From NCBI GenBank assembly GCA_944345705.1, contig CALVML010000001.1, positions 34,871-98,870 on the forward strand: a stretch of 64,000 nt of DNA. Direction: 5' to 3'. Position numbers and translations under genes: made by a program. Positions 31,341-41,042 of the stretch are shown piece by piece. Within the stretch, counting starts at the first letter, position 1; each line of letters starts with the position of its first letter. The DNA is from an uncultured Clostridia bacterium. GTDB taxonomy: Bacteria > Bacillota > Clostridia > Christensenellales > UBA1242. The notes beneath the pieces were generated by a model that saw only the letters and a program-made list of their open reading frames with translations, was not told the origin of the DNA and made no database searches.

Positions 31341-32330
31341 ATGGGTAAATTATTAATTAATAAGGAATTGATCACAAATGTTGCAAATCTCGAGAATAGA
31401 AAATTTATCAAACAAACCAACAAAATAGTGAATAATTTAGTTGGATTTACTGTTAAACACTTACAAGACAAACTATCTTTTATATCACCCGAAAATGTTA
31501 TTTTGCAACCGGCAAATGAACTTCTGACTGGAGCTATTGTAGATAGCTCTGATTTTACCTATATTCTAGGCGTTAATAGTCCGCAACTTGAAATGAACAC
31601 CTTAAAAGGTAAATCTTTTTGGGAAAATTTTAAAGAAAAACTAAAATATGCTTGGCAAAATCGAAAATCAATTTTTAATAGAAGGAATCGTAAAAAACGC
31701 CGAAAAAAGAAGAAAAACAATGATTTGGAAATTGAAAAATCGAATAATAAGCCAGTAGTATTAGAAAAATATAAAATTTATAATTTATTAGATGACATAC
31801 AAAACAGTATCGTGCTGTTTTTGTCAGAAACAAGTTTGACTTATCTTTATGATAACCGAATAGAAATAATAGGAAAAGATGATTTTGGAGCTAATACCAG
31901 AATAAAAATCTATCCAATGATATTTGATGGTAAAAACTATAAATATTATATAGATAAAAAACAAGGATTTTTGAAAATAGATATTGATAATCGAATAAAT
32001 AAAGTTCAAGAGAAAATCAATAATGTTGGCAATAACTTTTTTAAGATACTAAAAATTTTGAATTATCTTTTCTACAACACAAACAATTATAATTGTAATC
32101 AAATTTTCTTAGAAAGTGTAATATGCTCAGTTCCAGACAAGATGTTTCAAGGTGATGATATTTATAATGTGTTTGTTAAAATAATTAATTATTTATCAAT
32201 TAATTCTTTGAATGTAATTTCTATTAATAATCCAAAACTTACTATATATAAAGATATTGCATGTCAAAATTCAGTAATAGGTTTTCGTAAAATGATTAAC
32301 TCAATTGTAAATGAAACAAAATCAATATAA
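31341..32330 (+). CDS. CdnE/CD-NTase-fold protein with degenerate active site and K/R-rich insertion
   Basis: VILQ......T.....SD and FLES....VPD..F.G.....F..IINYL segments resemble clade-E CD-NTases (comparison from memory); GS and DxD not conserved. Confidence 0.55.
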   Translation: MGKLLINKELITNVANLENRKFIKQTNKIVNNLVGFTVKHLQDKLSFISPENVILQPANELLTGAIVDSSDFTYILGVNSPQLEMNTLKGKSFWENFKEKLKYAWQNRKSIFNRRNRKKRRKKKKNNDLEIEKSNNKPVVLEKYKIYNLLDDIQNSIVLFLSETSLTYLYDNRIEIIGKDDFGANTRIKIYPMIFDGKNYKYYIDKKQGFLKIDIDNRINKVQEKINNVGNNFFKILKILNYLFYNTNNYNCNQIFLESVICSVPDKMFQGDDIYNVFVKIINYLSINSLNVISINNPKLTIYKDIACQNSVIGFRKMINSIVNETKSI

Positions 32331-32514
32331 ATATAAAATCAATTATAATAAGTATTATTAATTATAAATAAAAAATGCACATATAAGCATATTTTGAAAT
32401 CAAGAAATAAGAATGAATTTTGTACCAAAACTAAAGATCTAAAATTAATATAAGAAAAATTAAAGTTATAAAAAAATAACATAATAGTTTTAAAAATAAT
32501 GCTAGTATGCGGTC

Positions 32515-32548
32515 ATCTATGCGTAAAACTTGTGTTTTACGCATAGAT
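32515..32548. other. Putative chromosome dimer resolution site (dif; difSL/difH-like)
   Basis: Perfect inverted repeat ATCTATGCGTAAAA-CTTGTG-TTTTACGCATAGAT at the gene-strand switch, 2.9 kb from the XerS-like gene. Confidence 0.75.
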
Positions 32549-32834
32549 AATAAAGTTTTGCATACTAGTGTTTTTTTACTCCCTATCAAAAATATCCTAT
32601 AATTATCACTCATAAAAGTCTTAAAATATCATTAAAAATTTCTGGACGTTCCACTCTAACCTTATTATACGTTTTAAATTTTCTGTTTTGCACTTTCATA
32701 TTTAATATATTGATATGGGTTTATTCCTTTTATATCACCTATTATTTGCTATAAAACATATTTTTTAACCTTTATTTTTTTTGTTATGACTAGTATGCAA
32801 TGCATAATAGTTTATATAAATATTTAAAAATATG

Positions 32835-32863
32835 TTGACTATTAAATTTTCTTGTTCTATAAT
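32835..32863 (+). promoter_or_regulatory. SigA-type promoter of the padR-like gene
   Basis: TTGACT-17 bp-TATAAT. Confidence 0.7.
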
Positions 32864-33035
32864 ACTTTTAGATAATAAAAAAAAATGAGTTATACCCTAC
32901 TCAATTAGTGTTATCCTGTAAAACTTAAAGTTTATTTTTTATAATAACAAAAAGTTTTATTGAGTCGATGTAATATGAAACAAACATATAAACTTAACAA
33001 CTCAACTAAAAGTTAAAAGTGATAAGGAAAAAACT

Positions 33036-35318
33036 ATGGATTTATATGCAAAAGGACAACTTTCATTTATGATATTAACTTGCTTACTTGAGCGAGATTT
33101 TTATGGTCTTGATATTATAAGTGAAATCAATAAAAAAAGCGATGGCAAGATAACTTTAAAGAAGCCTAGTGTATACTCAAATTTGACTAGAATGGAAAAA
33201 CAAGGTTATGTTTCTTCATATCTTCAAGACAGTGAATTAGGACCTAACCGAAAATATTATTCAATTACAGAAAAAGGTAGAATTTTCTATAATGATTTAA
33301 AAGATTATTATGATCGAAATAATATTGACGTATTTAGAGATTTTAAAGACGAGTCAAGTATGGAAAAGAATATACAAATCAATTCTAATCTTGATCCTAA
33401 CCTGCTTTCAAAGGTTAATACTCAAATTGTAGAATCTTATACTGCCACTTCTGCATCTAGACAATTGTCTATAAACGAAATTGAAAATGATTCTAATTCT
33501 TTAAATCAAGATATAACTAATATTTCAAAAACAAATACTGTTCAAAATGAAGATATTATAGTCAATAAATATAGCCAAGATATAGAAGAAGAAATCGAAG
33601 AAACTAATGACGTAGATGAAGATCTTGACTCATATTTTGATTTTTCTGATTTTTCAGAAGATAAAAAAGAGTCTAAAGAATCATTGCAAACAACTAAAAA
33701 TCTCAAAGAATCTATCGATAGTCAGCAATCACAATCCACTTATGAAAATGAAAACAACTACGACGATTTCGAAATTGAAAATAAAACACAGATTAAGCAA
33801 GAACCAGTTGCTAATGAAGAAATTGTAGAAGAAACTACAATATTAAATGAAGAATTATCTTCTACTCAAAATGATAATGAACCTACTCCAAAGTACGAGA
33901 GTGAAAATTATATATCAAACTCACCTACTCAGAATGATGATGTAACTTATAGAAGTGAACAAAATATAGAAGAAGTCACCAAAGTTGAAAATGAAAATAA
34001 TTCAATAAATTCAGTTGATAACAATATAAGTATTAATATCACTGAATCAGTAAATAATGATGATATTTCCAAATATTCATATAATCAAGCTAATCTAGAA
34101 CCAAACTCTCAGATTAATACTGTCGATGATAATAAAGAGAATAAAATACATAATAATGAAATAACAAACAAAGATGATAATGCTCAAAAAGATGATGGCG
34201 TTTTCTTGTCTAATAAAGATGTAGAAGATTATAATAGACGAATTTATGATATTTCTAAGGATATAAACAAGTATAAACGCAAACGCAGTTTCGCTGAAGA
34301 TCAAATATCAATTACGGCAACTGATCCTCTCTATGTATCTAATGAAAGAACAAAGAATAATATTGAAGAATTTAAAAATTCAATTCTCCAAAACAAGTCA
34401 AAATATACCGAAGAAAAACAGACCTTATATGACTTATTCCATCACAAGAGAGAAGAAACGGAAAGAAATGAGCAGTTGCAATCTAACTCAAAACAAGATG
34501 ATGGCAAATTCATTACAGAGCGAGTTGATTTCAATCTTACTAAGTTAGATAAACAAGAAACTACTGTTCAGCAAAGTGAAGAACATTTTCAAGATGATGG
34601 TAAGTTTATAACTAATAGGATAGATGCAGGCAAACTTGAATCTGCTAAAAAAATTGAACCGCCTAGACTCAAAATTGCTGAATCTACTCCTGTTAAAATA
34701 AATCAGATGCCACCGCCAAAGCGAGATAAATCAATTGATCCATCACATAAAGATATATTAACAAGACTTTATTCTAAAACAAAAACAGCTCAAGATGCCG
34801 AGCTTAGAGAAGATGCTCTCTATGATTATAATGACTTAAAAACTTTTTACAATAAACAAAATATATCATTTAATGAGTATAAAAAACCGGCAGAAAAAGC
34901 TGAGCATAATACAAATAAATTAATGTTAATGCTGTCATCTGCAATATTTGTTCTCGCAACTACCCTATCGGTAATATTGTATGTAATATGTCTTAGATAT
35001 GGACTATTAAATCCAAATACAAACTTCCTATTTGTGTTATTACCAGCATTATTCTTGATCGATGTTGCTCTAAAAGGATATAATTTTTATCGATATCGAA
35101 GTTGGCTTCCAGCTAAAATGATGCCACAATGGCAAATTTGGATATATACAATTCTTGCAATTGGTATTGTCATAGGATTAAACTTTATATTTGGTTTAAC
35201 TCCAAACAATTTTGCTCAATTTGCAACAACATTAATATTGCCTATGCTTATGATTTTGGCTATTTTGCCTATTAGGTATTATACAAAGAGATTTATGCTT
35301 ATAAAATTTTGGAAATGA
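33036..35318 (+). CDS. PadR-type wHTH + long low-complexity linker + C-terminal 4-TM protein
   Basis: N-terminal YG.DII..I......LK.PSVYS.L.RMEK.GYV..RKYYSITEKGR; ~500 aa N/E/D/S-rich middle; four hydrophobic helices at the C-terminus. Confidence 0.8.
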   Translation: MDLYAKGQLSFMILTCLLERDFYGLDIISEINKKSDGKITLKKPSVYSNLTRMEKQGYVSSYLQDSELGPNRKYYSITEKGRIFYNDLKDYYDRNNIDVFRDFKDESSMEKNIQINSNLDPNLLSKVNTQIVESYTATSASRQLSINEIENDSNSLNQDITNISKTNTVQNEDIIVNKYSQDIEEEIEETNDVDEDLDSYFDFSDFSEDKKESKESLQTTKNLKESIDSQQSQSTYENENNYDDFEIENKTQIKQEPVANEEIVEETTILNEELSSTQNDNEPTPKYESENYISNSPTQNDDVTYRSEQNIEEVTKVENENNSINSVDNNISINITESVNNDDISKYSYNQANLEPNSQINTVDDNKENKIHNNEITNKDDNAQKDDGVFLSNKDVEDYNRRIYDISKDINKYKRKRSFAEDQISITATDPLYVSNERTKNNIEEFKNSILQNKSKYTEEKQTLYDLFHHKREETERNEQLQSNSKQDDGKFITERVDFNLTKLDKQETTVQQSEEHFQDDGKFITNRIDAGKLESAKKIEPPRLKIAESTPVKINQMPPPKRDKSIDPSHKDILTRLYSKTKTAQDAELREDALYDYNDLKTFYNKQNISFNEYKKPAEKAEHNTNKLMLMLSSAIFVLATTLSVILYVICLRYGLLNPNTNFLFVLLPALFLIDVALKGYNFYRYRSWLPAKMMPQWQIWIYTILAIGIVIGLNFIFGLTPNNFAQFATTLILPMLMILAILPIRYYTKRFMLIKFWK

Positions 35319-35325
35319 GAGATTA

Positions 35326-35376
35326 AAAAAAAGACTTATATTGAAACTTTTATAGTTTAGTATAAGTCTTTTTTTA
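35326..35376. terminator. Bidirectional terminator between convergent genes
   Basis: A-run AGACTTATA...TATAAGTCT T-run. Confidence 0.75.
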
Positions 35377-35378
35377 CT

Positions 35379-36035
35379 TTAATTCTTTTTAATATTTTTT
35401 TCTTTTTTATCTTTTCGTTTCTCTTTGAGTTCCTTAAAAATAGTTATAAATAGATCTGTAAAAAGGAAAAGTAAAATAATGATAAGAGATATTATTAAAA
35501 TATATGTTATAGAATTTGAAAATACTTCGCAAATTAATGTGATCATTCCAGCTGAAATCATCGCACCTATTACTATTGACAGGAAACCATATCTAATATC
35601 CAAATTACTAAGCCCAACAATCAAGCTCCCCGTCCAAACACCTGTTAATGGAAGCGGAACAGCAACAAAACCTGTTAGCATAAAGTACTTAGTAAAATTA
35701 TTCTTGGCTTGAGTAACCGCACGGCTTTTATTGTAATATTTTTGAAGAAATTTATTTGTCATAAAGCCAGCCATTTTGCTTTTCAATTTTCTCACTATCA
35801 AAATTATAATAAAGGACGGCAAGAGAGAACCTAAAAAAGCAAATAGAAAAGATTCAAAACCTGTTAAAGCACCTGCTCCCCATATTTCAGTATTCATTCC
35901 AAACGGAATTGCAATCTTACTTTCTATAGTAGGAATCATTGCCATGAGCATGACAGCAAGCCAAACGCAATCTTGAAAGTTTACACTTATTAAATCTAAA
36001 AAGTTATCCATATTATATTTTATTAAATTATTCAT
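35379..36035 (-). CDS. COG2426 / small multidrug-export family membrane protein
   Basis: P.IESKIAIP.G and FVAVPLPLTGVWTG motifs. Confidence 0.85.
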   Translation of the reverse strand: MNNLIKYNMDNFLDLISVNFQDCVWLAVMLMAMIPTIESKIAIPFGMNTEIWGAGALTGFESFLFAFLGSLLPSFIIILIVRKLKSKMAGFMTNKFLQKYYNKSRAVTQAKNNFTKYFMLTGFVAVPLPLTGVWTGSLIVGLSNLDIRYGFLSIVIGAMISAGMITLICEVFSNSITYILIISLIIILLFLFTDLFITIFKELKEKRKDKKEKNIKKN

Positions 36036-36117
36036 ACAATATGATAAGTTTTTCGTAAAACAATAGTAAAAATAGCCATCGCTAAATAGATAGAATTTGT
36101 TTTTTTAATACATTAAA

Positions 36118-36152
36118 CAAAAAGATCGCATTAGAGTTAAATGCGATCTTTT
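36118..36152 (-). terminator. Terminator after rny
   Basis: AAAAAGATCGCATT...AATGCGATCTTTTT. Confidence 0.75.
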
Positions 36153-36182
36153 TATATTTCTCTTGTAGATAAAATTTTTAAT

Positions 36183-37772
36183 TTATTTTGCTGTTTCGGT
36201 AAAGCGATTTTCGCGAATTACAACTACTTTGATTTGTCCCGGATATTGCATCTCATCTTCTATGCGTTTTGTAATATCTTTGACAAGATACATTGCATCT
36301 GTATCGCTTATTTGATCAGGTTTTACAATAATTCTAACCTCTCTTCCAGCTTGAATTGCATAAGATTTCTCTACGCCTTTGAAATCATTACATATACCTT
36401 CTAGTTGTTGCAATCGTTTAATATAGTTTTCAAAACTCTCTCTTCTTGCACCAGGTCTAGTACTTGAAATCGCGTCAGCAACTTGTACAATTACTGCTTC
36501 AATACAAGCAAATGGAACATCACCGTGATGAGCCTGTATACAATTTATAACTAGATCAGATTCTTTATTTTTTCTTGCAAGATCAACACCGATAGAAACA
36601 TGAGTTCCTTCTACTTCATGGTCAAGAGCTTTACCAATATCATGTAAAAGTCCGCCACGCTTAGCAAGCATTACATCTGCATTTAATTCAGTAGCAATCA
36701 ATCCCGCAATTATAGATGTTTCAACGCTATGTTTCAAGCAGTTTTGTCCATAGCTTGTCCTAAATTTGAGTCTGCCAAGTACCTTGACAAGTTCTGGTGC
36801 AAGATTGTAAATTCCTGCATCATTGCAAGCATTCTCACCTGCTTCTTTGATTGTTTTGTCGACTTCTCGAGTGGCCTTTTCAACAATTTCTTCAATTCTT
36901 CCCGGATGAATTCTACCATCAATTATAAGTTTTTCCAAACTTAATCTTGCAATTTCTCTTCTAACAGGATCAAAACTTGAAACGGTGATTGATTCTGGTG
37001 TATCATCTACAATGAGTTCGACTCCTGTGGCACTTTCAATTGAGCGAATATTTCTTCCCTCACGACCAATAATTCGTCCTTTCATCTCGTCATTAGGCAA
37101 GGCGACTGTTGTTACAGTCATCTCACTTGATAAATCAGTTGCACACCTTTGAATTGCTGACATAACAATGTCTTGAGCGATTTTCTCTCCATTCTCACGT
37201 GCTTCATCTTCAATCTTTTTGACAATGTTGCCCGCGTCTTTTTTAGCTTCTTCTGTAATACTATCAATAAGCAAATCTTTAGCTTGATTTTTAGTGAGTC
37301 CAGAAAGGCTTTCTAACTTTTCAAGCATTTGGTTTTTGATTTCATTTTGTTCTGAAATCTTATCATTCAAAGTTTTCTTGTCATTTTCAAGTTGCACTTT
37401 TTCATTTTCTAGTTGTTCACTTTTTGCGTCAAGTGCAGTTTCTTTTTTTGTGACATATTCTTCACGCTGATCAAGTCTTTCCTCTTGTTTTTGTATTTCT
37501 GCGCGTCTTTCCCTTGCCTCGTTATTGGCCTCATCTCTAATTTTTTGAGCCTCTTCCTTGGCTTCTAACATTGATTCTTTTTTTATGCTCTTTGCTTCTG
37601 CATACGCCTCTTCAATGATTTTTACAGCATTAGTTTTGCTTTTACCAATCTTCTTGTTTGCGACTATTTTATAAATTATAGCTCCGACTACTAAACCTAC
37701 TAATAGGGCAAGTACTCCGCTTACAACTCCGGCATTTACAGCAGCATTGCATAATATGCTTAAACTGCTCAT
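36183..37772 (-). CDS. rny: Ribonuclease Y
   Basis: N-terminal TM, coiled coil, KGRIIGREGRNIR KH domain, LLHDIGK HD domain. Confidence 0.98.
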   Translation of the reverse strand: MSSLSILCNAAVNAGVVSGVLALLVGLVVGAIIYKIVANKKIGKSKTNAVKIIEEAYAEAKSIKKESMLEAKEEAQKIRDEANNEARERRAEIQKQEERLDQREEYVTKKETALDAKSEQLENEKVQLENDKKTLNDKISEQNEIKNQMLEKLESLSGLTKNQAKDLLIDSITEEAKKDAGNIVKKIEDEARENGEKIAQDIVMSAIQRCATDLSSEMTVTTVALPNDEMKGRIIGREGRNIRSIESATGVELIVDDTPESITVSSFDPVRREIARLSLEKLIIDGRIHPGRIEEIVEKATREVDKTIKEAGENACNDAGIYNLAPELVKVLGRLKFRTSYGQNCLKHSVETSIIAGLIATELNADVMLAKRGGLLHDIGKALDHEVEGTHVSIGVDLARKNKESDLVINCIQAHHGDVPFACIEAVIVQVADAISSTRPGARRESFENYIKRLQQLEGICNDFKGVEKSYAIQAGREVRIIVKPDQISDTDAMYLVKDITKRIEDEMQYPGQIKVVVIRENRFTETAK

Positions 37773-38017
37773 AATTTCCCCTTTTTAAGATAGATCTAAA
37801 ATTCTATCAAATCTATTATACTATATTTATAAATATAAAGTCAAACGATTTAGAAAGCAGAAAGTAAATTTTGTAAAAATAGAACAAAATGCGAACTGTT
37901 TGATTTGCTCAAGCTCATTGCTATTATATATACTCATAAACTTTTGGCATATAAATTTGTCTTTAGATAATGAAAAAAGCACCATTTGTAAATTAAATAT
38001 AATGGTGCAAAAATTAT

Positions 38018-39262
38018 TTATTCTAATTCATTCAACTGCTCAAGCATAAAGTCTGTATATATTCCATAACCCTTGCTTGAATCATTTAAAAATACATGAG
38101 TAACCGCTCCAATAATTTTACCGTCTTGCACGATCGGACTACCGCTCATTCCTTGAACAATACCCCCAGTAAGTGCAATAAGCCTTTTGTCTTTAACTCT
38201 AAATACCATACTCTTGTCACTCGATTTGCTTTGGAAGTTTGCTTTAATAATCTCTATATCATATTCTTCTCTTATTCCGCTTACAGCACTGATTATTTTT
38301 GCACTGCCCGGACGAACGCTTAACCTTCCACCCAATTTATAACTTAAATTTTGATCGATAATAGATGCATTTTCACTTAATTTACCAAATATGCCAAACT
38401 TGGTATTTTTATCTATTGAGCCAATATCGTTACGTTGAACAAAAACGCATTTTAATTCGCCAGGATCATTTTCTCGACCTTTATTTATCCCTACTAATGA
38501 GCAATTATAAATTTTCCCATCTTTTATTTCTAGAGAATTTTCACTTTTTCCGTTTGTTACAGGATGTCCTAAAGCACCATATCCATAATCGCTTTTGCGA
38601 ACAAAAGTCAATGTTCCTATACCAGAAATATCATCTTTTACCCATATACCGAGTTTGACTTTCCCATCTTTATCCTTTAACAAAGGAAGATTAAAACTTT
38701 TAATTATACCATTTCGCTCTATTTCGACACAAGTTTTTTCGTTATTTACTTTTTCTAAGACATTTGAAATGTCATTAATATCATTAATCTCCTGCCCGTC
38801 AATCTTTTTTATTACATCACCATTTTTTAAATAACTATTTTGCGAAACCTTCATATTCTCAACATCAACAGAAGATGCACTTATAACCATAGCACCATCC
38901 AGATAAACTGTCAGTCCTATAGGTACACCACCAGCATAAACTTCCTCTTCAGGAAGAATTTTCATTGTTACTTTCTTAATTGGAATAAAGCCAAAAAGTT
39001 TAAATATGACTTCGCTTTCGCTGTCTCCATTTTTCCCTGTCTTAACATCGTTTTTATTGAAATCTAACGAAACGAAATTGCCAAATAAATTATCATTTTT
39101 AGCACTTTCCACTTCTTCAAAACTAGAATATATTGACGAAGGCAACTGATAAAGTTTTACAAAATCAATATTATAAGCAAAATAGGATAAGACCAAAAGA
39201 AAAAAATAAACAAACAAAATTATCTTTTTATTTTTCGTTAAGTTTGACTTGTTCTTTTTCAC
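38018..39262 (-). CDS. spoIVB: SpoIVB peptidase S55
   Basis: GIGTLTF, ALGH, TGGIVQGMSGSPIVQDGK.IGAVTHV. Confidence 0.96.
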   Translation of the reverse strand: MKKNKSNLTKNKKIILFVYFFLLVLSYFAYNIDFVKLYQLPSSIYSSFEEVESAKNDNLFGNFVSLDFNKNDVKTGKNGDSESEVIFKLFGFIPIKKVTMKILPEEEVYAGGVPIGLTVYLDGAMVISASSVDVENMKVSQNSYLKNGDVIKKIDGQEINDINDISNVLEKVNNEKTCVEIERNGIIKSFNLPLLKDKDGKVKLGIWVKDDISGIGTLTFVRKSDYGYGALGHPVTNGKSENSLEIKDGKIYNCSLVGINKGRENDPGELKCVFVQRNDIGSIDKNTKFGIFGKLSENASIIDQNLSYKLGGRLSVRPGSAKIISAVSGIREEYDIEIIKANFQSKSSDKSMVFRVKDKRLIALTGGIVQGMSGSPIVQDGKIIGAVTHVFLNDSSKGYGIYTDFMLEQLNELE

Positions 39263-39366
39263 TTATCCCTCCAATTATATAAAAGTTTACATAATCTTGT
39301 ACACAAAAAAACTAACCCTAAAGGTTAGTCTATACTAAATATTTAAAATTATACTACACTAAATAT

Positions 39367-41031
39367 TTATTGATGAATTAAATAATTTTTATCTCTCATT
39401 TCCTGTGCATGCGATAAGGCAATGTTTGAAACCTGTCCACTTATCATCTTTGCAAGATTATAGACAATTTCATCACCTTCCAAATGTTTTACATGAGTAA
39501 ATGTCTGTCCATCGCTTTCACTTTTTGAAACAAAATAGAAATCATCTCCAAAACTTGCAACTTGTGGCAAATGTGTAATGCATATAATTTGAGCATGTTT
39601 TTTTATACTAGACAATTTCTCGCCTACAATAACTCCTGTTTCACCACTGATACCAGCATCTATTTCATCAAAAATAAGCGTTTCTACACTTTCATTTTCG
39701 GAGAAAATATTTTTGAAAGCAAGCATAAATCTGCTTAATTCACCGCCTGACGCCGTCTTCGCAAGGGACTTGCTTTGCTGACCAAGATTGGCAGAAAAAA
39801 CAAACTCAACTTTATCTATTCCGTTTGACGAGATCTCGATTTCATCAAAATTGATATTGAAAATGCTAGATTTCATGCCAAGTGCAGATAGTTCTTGCTT
39901 AATTTTATTTTCAATTATAAGTGCTATTTTCTTTCTTGTGGCAGATAAGTCTTTTGCAGTTTTGAGCAACTTATCATATAACTCCTTTTTCTCTTTTTGA
40001 TACTTTTCAATCAAAAAGTCACTATCTTCAAGTTCATTTAATCTTGCCTTGGCTTTTGATAAAAATTCTTGTACTTTTTGATAAGTGCCACCATACTTTT
40101 TAAATATATTCTTTATTGTGTCATATCTTAAATCAAGTTGTTCATACTCACGCTCATCAAACTCAGTATTACTTTTTATATCAGCTAGCGTTTCATATAT
40201 ATCTTCTATTTCATATTTTGCGCTTTCTAATCTTTGATGACAAGAGGCAATACTATCAAAATTTGATACCGATGCAAGCGAAGAAATAGCATAATCAAGA
40301 TTATTTAAACATGAATCGCCATTGTCACTTAACAAACTTTGACAAGATGATATTGCATTAAAGATCTTTTCACTGCTATTCATTAAATCTAGACGCTCTT
40401 TAACTTGAGTATCTTCATCTTCTTTGATATCTGCCTGCTCAATCTCAGTGATTTGATAATTTAAAAGCGATTTCTCGTGCTCTCTTTCAAACTTGTCACC
40501 ACCAAGCGAGTTTATCTTTTTGATTACATCGTTGTAATTAGCATATTCAACTTTTAAATTTTCTTTGATAGGAGCAATTGTATCGTTGTCATATCGATCA
40601 AGCAGCTGTAAATGATTTTTTGAGTTCAATAGTTCTATACTCTCGTGCTGAGAATAACTATCAAGAAGTGCGCTTCCCACCTGCTTTAATAGTGATTGCG
40701 TGGCAATTTGACCATTTATTCTAATAGCAGATTTGCCATCAAGATTTAATGTTCTTGAAATTAATATCTCCTCATCATCAAAGCCAAGAGATTGCATGAA
40801 GGCTTTTGCCTGAGAATTGATATTAGTAAATAGCGCCTCTACTCTCATTTCTGTTTCATTTGATCGCAAAAGAGTTTTATCTGGTTTTGCTCCAAGTGCA
40901 AAATTTAAAGAATCAAAAATAATACTCTTACCAGCACCTGTTTCACCAAGCAAAATATTTAATCCACTGCCAAAATCAATTGACAATGATTTTATAAGCG
41001 CAACATTTTTTATGTTTAAAGTTTGAAGCAT
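39367..41031 (-). CDS. recN: DNA repair protein RecN
   Basis: GETGAGKS, ASGGELSR, FDEIDAGISG, CITHLPQVA. Confidence 0.97.
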   Translation of the reverse strand: MLQTLNIKNVALIKSLSIDFGSGLNILLGETGAGKSIIFDSLNFALGAKPDKTLLRSNETEMRVEALFTNINSQAKAFMQSLGFDDEEILISRTLNLDGKSAIRINGQIATQSLLKQVGSALLDSYSQHESIELLNSKNHLQLLDRYDNDTIAPIKENLKVEYANYNDVIKKINSLGGDKFEREHEKSLLNYQITEIEQADIKEDEDTQVKERLDLMNSSEKIFNAISSCQSLLSDNGDSCLNNLDYAISSLASVSNFDSIASCHQRLESAKYEIEDIYETLADIKSNTEFDEREYEQLDLRYDTIKNIFKKYGGTYQKVQEFLSKAKARLNELEDSDFLIEKYQKEKKELYDKLLKTAKDLSATRKKIALIIENKIKQELSALGMKSSIFNINFDEIEISSNGIDKVEFVFSANLGQQSKSLAKTASGGELSRFMLAFKNIFSENESVETLIFDEIDAGISGETGVIVGEKLSSIKKHAQIICITHLPQVASFGDDFYFVSKSESDGQTFTHVKHLEGDEIVYNLAKMISGQVSNIALSHAQEMRDKNYLIHQ

Positions 41032-41042
41032 CTTTTAACTCC

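Noticed and set aside
31341-35318. Functional CBASS operon (CD-NTase plus TM effector)
   Set aside because: Catalytic residues are missing, and the TM gene is 700 bp away with its own promoter and a PadR domain
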